From assembly GCA_950097015.1 (NCBI GenBank), contig CATNEN010000007.1, positions 1,860,001-1,924,000 on the forward strand: a DNA stretch of 64,000 nt, written 5' to 3'. The translations under genes were made by a program, and so were the position numbers. This document shows, one piece after another, positions 23,156 to 34,992 of this stretch (position 1 is the first letter of the stretch; each line of letters starts with the position of its first letter). The notes below the pieces were generated by a model. That model saw nothing but the letters and a program-made list of their open reading frames with translations, was not told the origin of the DNA and did not search any database. This DNA is from Macrostomum hystrix. Its lineage: Eukaryota > Animalia > Platyhelminthes.

Positions 23156-26073
23156 ATGTCTTCGCCAAGAAAATCTGAAACACCAGCACAATCGATTCTG
23201 AGTTGTGCCACTTTTGTGGAACCGCGAACCGTTGACTCCGTGATTGTCAACAAAGACTCTGCTGGAGATTCCACGAGTGTTGAAAAATACTCAGCTGGAG
23301 ATTCTGCAATTGTCGACAAATACACCTCAGGAGATTCCGCCATTGTCGACAAAGACTCTACTGGAGATTCTGTTAGTGTTGACAAAGACTCAACTGGAGA
23401 TTCCGCGATTGTTGAGAAAGACTGCACAGGATATTCCACCATTGTCGACAAAGACTCTACTGGAGATTCTGCCAGCGTCGACAAAGACTCTACTGGAGAT
23501 TCCGCGATTGTTGACAGAGACTCTATTGGAGATTCTGCCGGTGCTGACAAAGACTTGCTGCAAAGTTTAGCCAGCAACGGCAAGGACTCTGTTTGTATCC
23601 ATGCTAAAGCTAAAAAGAAGTCCAAAAAGTCTGCAGTAAAAAAAGAATCTAATAAAAGTTCTTCCACCATAGAGAATGAAAGGAAGACTTTCGCTAAAGA
23701 AGATGCAGACAATGCCTATGCTCCTGCTGCTGATGTTGAACCACTGATGGAGAAGCATTTGCTGAATAGCTGGTAAGCATTGTGCGTAAAATTGATAGGG
23801 AGATAACTTGATCCTATTATAATTATTAAGTGTAAATAATAATTGGAAAATTTCATTCCATTGTATGAATTGCAGCTGGACTCTTTGGTTCTACAAAAGC
23901 GATCGCGGTCGCGCATGGACAGACAGCCAACTGGCCGTGGCCAGCTTCAACAGCGTTGAAGATTTCTGGCGCCTGACTCGCTACGCCATGCCGCCCAGTC
24001 GGCTGCCTCCTGGCTGTGACTACTCCGTATTCAAAGCCGGCTGTCCTCCGATGTGGGAGGCGCCGGATAATCGCGAAGGCGGCCGGTGGATAGCCAGACT
24101 GGATAGGCGACCCGCTGTCTCCGCCTCGGTGGCCACTGGGCCAGCTGAGACTATTGATGTGGCCTGGACTGAGGTCCTGCTACTGGCCATTGGCGAGTCT
24201 TTCTCCGATCGGGTTGGCAGGCATATTTCCGGATTTGTTGTGCAGGTAAGAAACTCATTTGGTTGTGGATTTCTTTTTTTCATTGGACTATCTTGTCACT
24301 TTCTAGTCCTCATCTTGTCCTTGAATCAGCTGCCTCCCCAATCCTCAGATCCTTCACTCAGCTGCCTCCCCAATCCTCAGATCCTTCACTCAGCTGCCTC
24401 CCCAATCCTCAGATCCTTCACTCAGCTGCCTCCCCAATCCTCAGATCCTTCACTCAGCTGCCTCCCCAATCCTCAGATCCTTCACTCAGCTGCCTCCCCA
24501 ATCCTCAGATCCTTCACTCAGCTGCCTCCCCAATCCTCAGATCCTTCACTCAGCTGCCTCCCCAATCCTCAGATCCTTCACTCAGCTGCCTCCCCAATCC
24601 TCAGATCCTTCACTCAGCTGCCTCCCCAATCCTCAGATCCTTCACTCAGCTGCCTCCCCAATCCTCAGATCCTTCACTCAGCTGCCTCCCCAATCCTCAG
24701 ATCCTTCACTCAGCTGCCTCCCCAATCCTCAGATCCTTCACTCAGCTGCCTCCCCAATCCTCAGATCCTTCACTCAGCTTCCTCTCCAATCCTCAGATCC
24801 TTCACTCAGCTGCCTCCCCAATCCTCAGATCCTTCACTCAGCTTCCTCCCCAATCCTCAGATCCTTCACTCAGCTGCCTCCCCAATCCTCAGATCCTTCA
24901 CTCAGCTGCCTCCCCAATCCTCAGATCCTTCACTCAGCTTCCTCTCCAATCCTCAGATCCATCACTCAGCTTCCTCTCCAATCCTCAGATCCTTCACTCA
25001 GCTGCCTCCCCAATCCTCAGATCCTTCACTCAGCTTCCTCTCCAATCCTCAGATCCTTCACTCAGCTTCCTCTCCAATCCTCAGATCCATCACTCAGCTT
25101 CCTCTCCAATCCTCAGATCCATCACTCAGCTTCCTCCCCAATCCTCAGATCCATCACTCAGCTACTTCCCCAATCCTCAGATCCTTCACTCAGCTGCCTC
25201 TCCAATCCTCAGATCCATCACTCAGCTACTTCCCTAATCCTCAGATCCTTCACTCAGCTGCCTCTCCAATCCTCAGATCCTTCACTCAGCTTCCTCTCCA
25301 ATCCTCAGATCCTTCACTCAGCTTCCTCTCCAATCCTCAGATCCATCACTCAGCTACTTCCCTAATCCTCAGATCCTTCACTCAGCTGCCTCTCCAATCC
25401 TCAGATCCTTCACTCAGCTTCCTCTCCAATCCTCAGATCCATCACTCAGCTACTTCCCTAATCCTCAGATCCTTCACTCAGCTGCCTCTCCAATCCTCAG
25501 ATCCTTCACTCAGCTTCCTCTCCAATCCTCAGATCCTTCACTCAGCTTCCTCTCCAATCCTCAGATCCATCACTCAGCTACTTCCCTAATCCTCAGATCC
25601 TTCACTCAGCTGCCTCTCCAATCCTCAGATCCTTCACTCAGCTGCCTCTCCAATCCTCAGATCCTTCACTCAGCTGCCTCCCCAATCCTCGGATCTTTTA
25701 CTAAGAATTTCAAACAGTTAAAGGCTCAGTTTGCCAGAGCTCAAACCACTGGGCTGCAACCTACCAGCCGCCCTATGCCTTAGAAGGCTCTCAGCTTCAA
25801 CCGAATCCCCATTCGCAGATCCGGCCGCGCCACTACCGCCTGTGTCTTTGGACCAGGCAGGCAGCCGACCAATCAGCTTGTATGGCAGCCGGTCGCCTGT
25901 TCCGTGCGGCTCTGCAGCGCTGCTACGGCGCCGCCGACTGTCCGTCTCTGGCCTACGAGGCCCACTCGGAGTTGCAGCGCTTCTCGGCGACTCGCAGGGC
26001 CGCATTCGCCTCCTGCCGTGGCGGCAGCGCAGGTTTTGTCAGTCGCAAACCGAAGCAGATCTATTATCTGTAG
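23156..26073 (+). CDS. EIF4E: Eukaryotic translation initiation factor 4E family protein (class I-like), about 413 aa, with repetitive N-terminal extension
   Basis: Exons 23156-23772, 23876-24245, 25819-26073 (phases 2 and 0). HLLNSCWTLW, RAWT, VEDFW, DYSVFK, PMWE, GGRW, WTEVLLLAIGESF, IRPRHYRLCLW and YEAH all align with the eIF4E core. Confidence 0.92.
24327..25690. repeat. 32-bp minisatellite (CTCAGCTGCCTCCCCAATCCTCAGATCCTTCA), about 42 copies, in eIF4E intron 2
   Basis: Tandem copies; variants accumulate toward the 3' side. Confidence 0.97.
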
Positions 26074-26269
26074 CTGTGATCAGCTTTGATTTGCTTCGGT
26101 TTGTTTGACAGTATAATATTTTTATTCATTAATATCACTTTTATATAATTTACGAACTGTTATATGTTTCAGAGAAGTTGTAGCACCGGTTTTTACTAAA
26201 CGAGAAGCGAAAAACATTCCCATTCATCCAGCAAATCCCAACAGATAGTCCCCATTATTTCAGGAAATC

Positions 26270-27060
26270 TTTTGTATGATTCCCATTCACCAAGGAAATC
26301 CTTTTGTATGATTCCCATTCACCAAGGAAATCCTTTTGTATGATTCCCACTCACCCAGAAAATCCTTTTGTATTATTCCCATTCACCAAGGAAATCCTTT
26401 TGTATGATTCCCATTCACCAAGGAAATCCTTTTGTATGATTCCCATTCACCAAGGAAATCCTTTTGTATGATTCCCATTCACCAAGGAAATCCTTTTGTA
26501 TGATTCCCATTCACCAAGGAAATCCTTTTGTATGATTCCCATTCACCAAGGAAATCCTTTTGTGTGATTCCCATTCACCAAGGAAATCCTTTTGTATGAT
26601 TCCCATTCACCAAGGAAATCCTTTTGTATGATTCCCATTCACCAAGGAAATCCTTTTTTATTATTCCCATTCACCAAGGAAATCCTTTTGTATTATTCCC
26701 ATTCACCAAGGAAATCTTTTTGTATGATTCCCATTCACCAAGGAAATCCTTTTGTATGATTCCCATTCACCAAGGAAATCCTTTTGTATGATTCCCACTC
26801 ACCCAGCAAATCCCAACAGATAGTCCCCATTATTTCAGGAAATCCTTTTGTATGATTCCCATTCACCAAGGAAATCCTTTTGTATGATTCCCATTCACCA
26901 AGGAAATCCTTTTGTATTATTCCCATTCACCAAGGAAATCCTTTTGTATGATTCCCATTCACCAAGGAAATCCTTTTGTATTATTCCCATTCACCAAGGA
27001 AATCCTTTTGTATGATTCCCATTCACCAAGGAAATCCTTTTGTGTGATTGCCATTCACCC
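26270..27060. repeat. 32-bp minisatellite (ATTCCCATTCACCAAGGAAATCCTTTTGTATG)
   Basis: Tandem copies between the eIF4E and FNBP4-like genes. Confidence 0.96.
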
Positions 27061-27909
27061 AGCAAATCCCCTGGATGTTTCCCATTCATGCAGCGAATCA
27101 GCATTGAGATTAACCATGAAAGCGTGCTGTAATATGTTTTAAATACTTTTTTTGTTTTTATTTTGCTGCGTTTTATCTTTGCTGTGCAGCAATTGGCATT
27201 TTTAAAGCCAGCATTTCGATTAGCTTTTACTGAAGCCTACCTGTGTTTTTGTCTTCAAATAGTTTATGATTTTAATAATAGCATTTAAATATCGTTTTGC
27301 AGTTGCAATTTTGTCTGTCTTTCTCTAAAAGTCATTGAAATATTTTTTTTACTTTGTAATACCAGAATGGCTTTTATCAGTTGTTCTTGGGCGCTGCTTT
27401 TGCCTGAAAGTAATAAATAAACCTAATGGCTTTCTTAGTAATGCCCAAACTGTACATAGTAATTTTGTCATACAGTTTGGGCCTGTTTAATACTTAGATT
27501 CGTTAAGTCTTGTCCTAAAGTTAAAAAAAACTAGATGTTTTCTTTTTTGTCTCCGCTTTGTTATTTCTGCGCTCGCGTTGTTGTCCGAGGCTTTTTGAGT
27601 CTCTGGCGACTTTTATTGATTGTGGAATCCGGCAGGAGACAGGAAATGGGGGCCTGCTGTGGTTCCTGCATAAAAAATTGTTGATTAACGATAAAACTTT
27701 CTCCAATAACCAAGGCGTACGATTTTCTGATATTTGTGATACAAAAAATTCCCTCCCTTTGGTTCTTTGATTTCAGCAACAAGCTCTGTGCAGCAACGGC
27801 CTAGCGAAACGTTCTGTCTGTCTACTGGTTGACATTCGCATCTTTCAAGTGACCAAGTCAGTCTTAACAAATTGCTTGACTAAGATTGACTGACTTCTGA
27901 AGGGGAGAA

Positions 27910-30900
27910 ATGTCTTCTGCGAATCGTAAGTGTGCATTCATATTGTTACTATTTTTCTAATCCTTTCGGCGATTGGCAGGGCCATGGTCGTGTTTTTCCC
28001 TACTCCTTTCTACGATTGGCTGGACTGGGGTCGTGTTTCCCCACTCCATTCTGCGATTGGCTGGACTGGGGTCGTGTTTCCCCACTCCATTCTACGATTG
28101 GCTGGATTGGGGTCGTGTTTCCCCACTCCATTCTGCGATTGGCTGGACTGGGCCATGGTCGTGTTTCCCCACTCCTTTCTGCGATTGGCTGGACTGGGGT
28201 CGTGTTTCCCCACTCCATTCTGCGATTGGCTGGACTGGGGTCGTGTTTCCCCACTCCATTCTACGATTGGCTGGATTGGGGTCGTGTTTCCCCACTCCAT
28301 TCTGCGATTGGCTGGACTGGGCCATGGTCGTGTTTCCCCACTCCTTTCTGCGATTGGCTGGACTGGGGTCGTGTTTCCCCACTCCATTCTGCGATTGGCT
28401 GGACTGGGGTCGTGTTTCCCCACTCCATTCTGCGATTGGCTGGACTGGGGTCGTGTTTCCCCACTCCATTCTGCGATTGGCTGGACTGGGGTCGTGTTTA
28501 CCCACTCCATTCTACGATTGGCTGGATTGGGGTCGTGTTTCCCCACTCCATTCTGCGATTGGCTGGACTGGGCCATGGTCGTGTTTCCCCACTCCTTTCT
28601 GCGATTGGCTGGACTGGGGTCGTGTTTCCCCACTCCATTCTGCGATTGGCTGGACTGGGGTCGTGTTTCCCCACTCCATTCTACGATTGGCTGGATTGGG
28701 GTCGTGTTTCCCCACTCTATTCTGCTATTGGCTGGACTGAAGCTGGGCAGGGTCTTAATTTACAACACTAATTTCCGCGAAGTGGCTCGGCCAGGTTTGT
28801 ATTTGCTCCACTTCATTCTGTGATTGGCTGGGCCAAGGTTTGTTTTACCCCCAATCCATTCTGTGATTGGCTGAATTGGATTAGGTGTCATCTTTATTTA
28901 TATTTAAGATATCTCTATTCTATGACGCATTGGTTTCACGCCATTCGGCAATGGGCTGAAACAGGCTCATTTTTTAGTTCTTTGCCGCCATCTGAAGTCA
29001 CTCTCACAATCAACTTTTTTGTATACACACAACTGTATACAAATCAAGCCTGTTATCTTGATAACATTAAGATGATCATCTTAATCATCTATATCTAAAA
29101 ACCTGTCAAAATGTAACTATCCTAACGTGTTGCGTTCTGTTTATTTATGTTCATTTCATGTTTTTTTCAGCGGACACCGTCCATTCGGCTTTGGAGAATT
29201 TTCTTGCTGTAAGAAATTATCCAGTATTTGCTTTTGTTTTTGTTCTGCTTTGAAAGATTAAAATAATAATTAGAAAAAGAATGAAAAATAATGAAAATAT
29301 CAAAGAGAAACTGAAACCTGAAGGATCATTCAGAAACTGAACCCTGAAGGATCATTCTGAAACTGAACCCTGAAGGATCATTCAGAAACTGCACCCTGAA
29401 GGATCATTCTGAAACTGAACCCTGAAGGATCATTCTGAAACTGAACCCTGAAGGATCATTCAGAAACTGCACCCTGAAGGATCAGTCTAAAACTAAACCC
29501 TGAAGGATCATTCTGAAACTGAACCCTGAAGGATCATTCAGAAACTTAACCCTGAAGGATCATTCAGAAACTGGACCCGGAAGGATCAGTTTGAAACTGA
29601 ACCCTGATGGATCATTCAGAAACTGAACCTGAAGGATCAGTTTGAAACTGAACCTGAAGGATCATTCAGAAACTGAACCCTGAAGGATCATTCAGAAACT
29701 GAACCCTGATGGATCATTCAGAAACTAAACCTGAAGGATCAGTTTGAAACTGAACCTGAAGGATCATTCAGAAACTGAACCCTGAAGGATCATTCAGAAA
29801 CTGAACCCTGAAGGATCATTCAGAAACTGAACCCTGAAGGATCATTCTGAAACTGAACCCTGAAGGATCATTCAGAAACTGAACCCTGAAGGATCATTCA
29901 GAAACTGAACCCTGATGGATTATTCAGAAACTGGACCCGAAAGGAACATTCAGAAACCTGAAGTGAGCAGAAGTATCTCTGCTTGCTGAAGTAACACAGA
30001 AGCTAGTACCTGATTTAAGGAACCTAAATCCAGACTAACTAAGCAAGCCAACGTGTGAATCCCTTGCCGCCACTAATCAGGAATTGGCCAATATCAAGAA
30101 GAGCGGCGGCACTGGCGGCCTATTGGACGCGATTCGTGAGTCTGGCAGTCGATCAATTAAACTGGCCTCTAAAACGAATTATTTTTGTCAATGTGTAGCT
30201 TTCATTTTTTGCTGAATTTATTCTACCAGCTGAATTCTTTTTTAGCCGATACTACTCAGCAGCAGCAGGCCAGTAGTAAAGACTCATCGGCCCCAGTGCA
30301 GAGGTAAAATAAAAGAAAATAATATTTTCTCACTGGCTTCAAGTTGCTGTCACTCTAGTAATAAAGACGCCAGTTTTTCCGCTACAACTCTTCCTTCAGG
30401 CTCTCCGCTTCTTCCTCTGTTTTCTCAGGAACCCCTCTTCCTCTGGTACTTCAGGATCTCCGCTTCTTCTGTTACTTCAGGATCTCCGCTTCTTCTGTTA
30501 CTTCAGGATCTCCGCTTCTTCTGTTACTTCAGGATCTCCGCTTCTTCTGTTACTTCAGGATCTCCGTTTCCTCTGTTACTTAAGGATCTCCGCTTCCTCT
30601 GTTACTTCAGGATCTCCGCTTCTTCTGTTACTTCAGGATCTCCGTTTCCTCTGTTTCTTAAGGATCTCCGCTTCCTCTGTTTCTTAAGGATCTCCGCTTC
30701 CTCTGTTACTTCAGGATCTCCGCTTCCTCTGTATCCTCAGGATCTCCGCTTCCTCTGTTACTTCAGGATCTCCGCTTCCTCTGTATCCTCAGGATCTCCG
30801 CTTCCTCTGTTACTTCAGGATCTCCGCTTCCTCTGTATCCTCAGGATCTCCGCTTCCTCTGTATCCTCAGGATCTCCGCTTCCTCTGTTACTTCAGGATC

Positions 30901-33900
30901 TCCGCTTCCTCTGTATCCTCAGGATCTCCGCTTCCTCTGTATCCTCAGGATCTCCGCTTCCTCTGTTACTTCAGGATCTCCGCTTCCTCTGTATCCTCAG
31001 GATCTCCGCTTCCTCTGTATCCTCAGGATCTCCGCTTCTTCTGTATCCTCAGGATCTCCGCTTCTTCTGTTACTTCAGGATCTCCGTTTCCTCTGTTACT
31101 TCAGGATCTCCGCTTCCTCTGTATCCTCAGGATCTCCGCTTCCTCTGTATCCTCAGGATCTCCGCTTCTTCTGTTACTTCAGGATCTCCGTTTCCTCTGT
31201 TACTTCAGGATCTCCGCTTCTTCTGTATCCTCAGGATCTCCGCTTCTTCTGTTACTTCAGGATCTCCGTTTCCTCTGTTACTTAAGGATCTCCGCTTCCT
31301 CTGTTACTTAAGGATCTCCGCTTCCTCTGTATCCTCAGGATCTCCGCTTCCTTTGTTACTTCAGGATCTCCGCTTCCTCTGTATCCTCAGGATCTCCGCT
31401 TCCTTTGTTACTTCAGGATCTCCGCTTCCTCTGTTACTTCAGGATCTCCGCTTCCTCTGTTACTTCAGGATCTCTGCTTCCTCTGTATCCTCAGGATCTC
31501 TACTTCTGTATCTTATCACACCATTTGCGTATTATCCAAACGAAAAATGCCTACTTCACAATCGCAGCATGGACGCTGGGAACAAGAGCAGTTCGGGCGA
31601 GCTGAGTGACACATCATCTTCTTCATCGTCTTCGTCTGCCGCTACATCCTCGTCCAGCTCTAGAAAGCGACGCTCGAAGCCCTCCAGACATTCAGCCGGA
31701 TCGCCTCCGGTTAAGAAGGCAAAGAAGAGCTCCGGAAGCAGTCGGCGTCGAAAGCGCGAGAAGAAGAAAAAGGACCGCGAGCACAGGCACCATCGGGAGC
31801 GGAGGCTGGACCAGCAGTCCAAGAAAAGCCACAAGCAGAAGAAGGCCTACGAGGATGAAGACGGCAAGCGCAAGTAGGTTTTGCAGTTGTGACTCTGTAA
31901 TTCAAATCAACACGGTTTTCGCATCCAAGCACCCTGACATTCACCTCAGATTCTAGCATTAAAAATCAATTATGTGCTTTTGCCCACTTGCAGTTGTGCG
32001 ATTCGTTGTATAACTATACTCGAAAAATGGTTACAAATGCCCCGTTCGGGCCAAATGTACAGGCTGAAGGCTATTGCGCATCTCAAAGATGCGTATAGCT
32101 GTTCAGTCCATGGACTGGGGGTTCGACAGATCCACCATCACTTTACCCCAGCTGATGTTGGTACCAATTTTACGGATACAACTAAGGATACAACTTGGTT
32201 CTCTTGGGCTGAGATTCGAACTCCCGACCTATCATTTAGAAGTCCAGAGCCTTGACCATCGCTCTTTACTATTCAAAAAACTTCTCTGACAGAGACCGCG
32301 GCGGTCACCGAGACCGGCACGATCGTCACGCTGAAGCAAGGCGTCCAGAGAGAGCTCAACAGCCGCCTCCGCATTCTTCATCGCAGCCGCCGCCGCAGTC
32401 GCCTGCCAAGCAGGCAGCTGTGATCGGGCCTTCCCTACCGCCGAATTTCCAGGCCATCCGGCCCGACCTGCTTGACATCGACCGCCTCACAACCTGCCGC
32501 GGCTCCGCTGCCACCTTGGCCGCTCAGGCGCGCTACTTCGGCCACGATCCGGACCAGGCCTCGCCGCTGCTGATCGCCGCCATCGAGGCTCGGGCTCGAC
32601 TGCGCGACCTGGAAGATGGCGCCGTGAGCGCCGCTCACTACGAGAGCCGCCTCAGCGAGGCCAACGAAGCGTGCCAGAGCCGCGTGCAAGCCGACTGTCC
32701 CTCCGGCTGGCTGTGCCTGTGGGATCCGGCTAACGCTGCCTACTATTACCAGAGCCTGAAAACTGGCGAGGCCCAGTGGGAATTTCCCGGCGGTCAAACA
32801 GCCGCATCGAATGCTAAAACTGCGTCGGCTGCAACGGCGGATGCCGCCTCTGGACCTGGAGGCAGCGGCAGTGTCGTTCGATTGGTCAGCTACGATCACG
32901 GACGTGACAGCGACAGTTCCGCTTCGAATAGCAGCGACTCCGAAGATGACGTCACGGACAAGGTGGCCAATGCTGCTCTCGCGGCTGCGGCGGCTTCAGT
33001 TGCTGCAGCTGCCGCTCTAGCCGTGTCCTCCGAGACATCGGCCACCCCAACGGCTGCCCCGGCTGCCGACGACAGCATGGAGCTGGACTCCGGCGACGAG
33101 ACTTTCATGCCGCCTCCGCCGCCCAGGCCTCCGCGTCCTTCGCTGCCCGGACTGCCGCCGCCGCCTCCGCTGCCACCGCCGCCTCCGATGCTGCCGTTGA
33201 AGTCGGCCGGTCGGTCCCGACCATCTGCCGTTTCATCGTCGCGACTGTCCGTCGCAGTCCGACCCTACGACACGGACGTCGTCGTTGCTGCAGGGGCTGA
33301 CTCCGACGATGACGACAGTGGTGATGCTGTCCCAGCCGGTGGCGGCGGCAGTGACGACAACGCTGACTCGGACTTGGATGGCAGCCCGACCACATTCGCG
33401 GCCGCTATGGGCATAGCGCCTTTGCCGTCAGCCGCGACTTCAACGACTGCCCATCCGGCCTCCTCGCGGTGGGTGGACGTTGAGCCCGCTGGGCAGCCGG
33501 TGAAGCGAAAGGTATGTAGTTTTTAGCAAGATTATAATCATTAGCTTATATTTTAAAAAGAACTGCATGAAACAGGCTCAGATTTTTTAGGGATTTAATG
33601 AGAAATTAAATGAGATTTAATGATTTTAAATTCAAAACTATATGGGATGGGCTCAAATTTTGATCGCATGAGACAAACAGGGCTTATGAAAGATAACCTA
33701 TGAGACAGGTTGAGATTTTGAAAGGAATCCTATGAGACAGGTTGAGATTTTGAAAGGAATCCTATGAGACAGGTTGAGATTTTGAAAGGAATCCTATGAG
33801 ACAGGTTGAGATTTTGAAAGGAATCCTATGAGACAGGTTGAGATTTGGAAAGGAATCCTATGAGACAGGTTGGGATTTTTATCGGATAAGATCGGGACCA

Positions 33901-34040
33901 TAGTTTGGGAACTAAATGGGTGATTTTGCTTGCATAATTCAATACTGCAGAAGACCAAGCCGGCCAGCGTGTTTCAGAAGAAGAACCTGGACCAGCTCAT
34001 GTACAAATGGCAGACCGCCGCTGAGCAGTCCAAAATGTGA
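27910..34040 (+). CDS. FNBP4: Formin-binding protein 4-like WW-domain protein, about 593 aa, 7 coding exons
   Basis: Exons 27910-27925, 29171-29208, 30081-30135, 30246-30303, 31568-31873, 32293-33511, 33951-34040 with compatible phases. SALENFLAELANI, EARARLRDLEDGAV plus WW domain PSGWLCLWD..YYY...GEAQWEFP, a poly-Pro tract and C-terminal LMYKWQ resemble FNBP4 as recalled. Confidence 0.78.
27975..28740. repeat. 41-bp minisatellite with 46-bp variant units, in FNBP4-like intron 1
   Basis: Unit GGGGTCGTGTTTCCCCACTCCATTCTGCGATTGGCTGGACT; periodic GGGCCATGGTC variant. Confidence 0.96.
29312..29955. repeat. 26-bp minisatellite (CTGAAGGATCATTCAGAAACTGAACC), intron 2
   Basis: Tandem copies visible. 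Confidence 0.95.
30455..31500. repeat. 26-bp minisatellite (TCAGGATCTCCGCTTCCTCTGTTACT / ...GTATCC), intron 4
   Basis: Tandem copies with two alternating variants. Confidence 0.96.
32060..32260 (-). mobile_element. CORE-type SINE, family A, diverged copy
   Basis: GCTGTTCAGTCCATGGACTGGGGG and TTACCCCAGCTGATGTTGGTACC are shared with 43270-43530; tRNA-like head GAGATTCGAACTCCCGACC. Confidence 0.6.
33698..33855. repeat. 32-bp minisatellite (GAGACAGGTTGAGATTTTGAAAGGAATCCTAT), intron 6
   Basis: About 5 tandem copies. Confidence 0.93.
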
Positions 34041-34992
34041 TTGGCTTCAGCATTTTCCATTACTAAGTCCTTCTGTAACGGTTTGATTTTCTATGCTTAC
34101 TAATATTTTTGGTTATGAACTATAACTTGAATGGATTCTTGCGAAATTTGTTGCAACCGTTATTATCTTAATAACTTAATTAATTTATTCTCTATAAAAT
34201 TATTTAAATACTAAAAATGCTCCGGATCGATTTAAATTTCATGCTAATTTACAATATCAAAATGACTCCATTTTACTAAGAGACCGTCTTAACGGGAGCT
34301 TTTAGCTTGAAACTTGCAGCAATGAATTGGTTAGAGCATTTGGCTTCTGACCGAGAGGTCGCGAGTTCGAGTCGCAGCCCATTTTGAACTATCTTCCGCC
34401 TTTGAACAAAACACTTAATTCCCTAGAGCTTCTGTTTACCATGGTACTAGCAGTAGCTTTCAGGTAGAAATTTGGGAGTGTGCCTAACTGGCATGATGCA
34501 AAGTTGTCTTCTACCACCATATACGAGTATATCTGATGATAATTAGGTCGACTAGCAAAACTGCTGTGTGAGTAACTTCTCCAGAGCACACACTGAATGA
34601 AATGAAAGTAATCATTGAAAAAATTATACAGAGAAACAAAAGGTATGTATTCAGTCGAAAATACGGTGCAGAAAACATTCTTGCTTTCAAAAAACGTTCG
34701 ACTTTACATTATGCTGCTACTTTGATTACTACTCACTACTTTACTACTTTTCGTCGGCAGAATTGTATTACAGATTCCCCATTCCACAATGTGCAAAACG
34801 AACAGCTGAAATTGTCGTTTAAGTTGTGCAGATTTATTTAAATTTATTCAGATCAAAGGCGGCAGATCAGTTGACAGACTGTGTATCAATACTGAGGCTA
34901 TTTACATGTAAATAAAAGACTGAAATTATTTAATTCATATAAAACTGCTTGCATAGTCTGTGCAAAGACGGCAAATTTCTTAAAATTGACCT

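Noticed and set aside
24263-25589. Long ORFs reading through tandem arrays (also 27930-28823, 35306-35976, 37221-37601, 49900-50935, 54176-55096, 60834-61443, 62965-63518)
   Set aside because: They are translations of minisatellites or low-complexity DNA that happen to lack stops; splice signals place several of them inside introns.
29312-29955. Possible tandem minimal hammerhead ribozymes (CTGAAGGA...GAAAC)
   Set aside because: The core does not match CUGANGA and no stems I/III with a cleavage triplet could be drawn.
26270-30000. Regular ~26-41 bp repeats superficially like CRISPR arrays
   Set aside because: Units are contiguous with no unique spacers, there are no cas genes, and the context is eukaryotic.
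34322-34385. tRNA-Arg(TCT)-like sequence; similar head at about 52620-52680
   Set aside because: Anticodon and T arms are present but the acceptor stem does not pair; more likely SINE-head remnants than tRNA genes.
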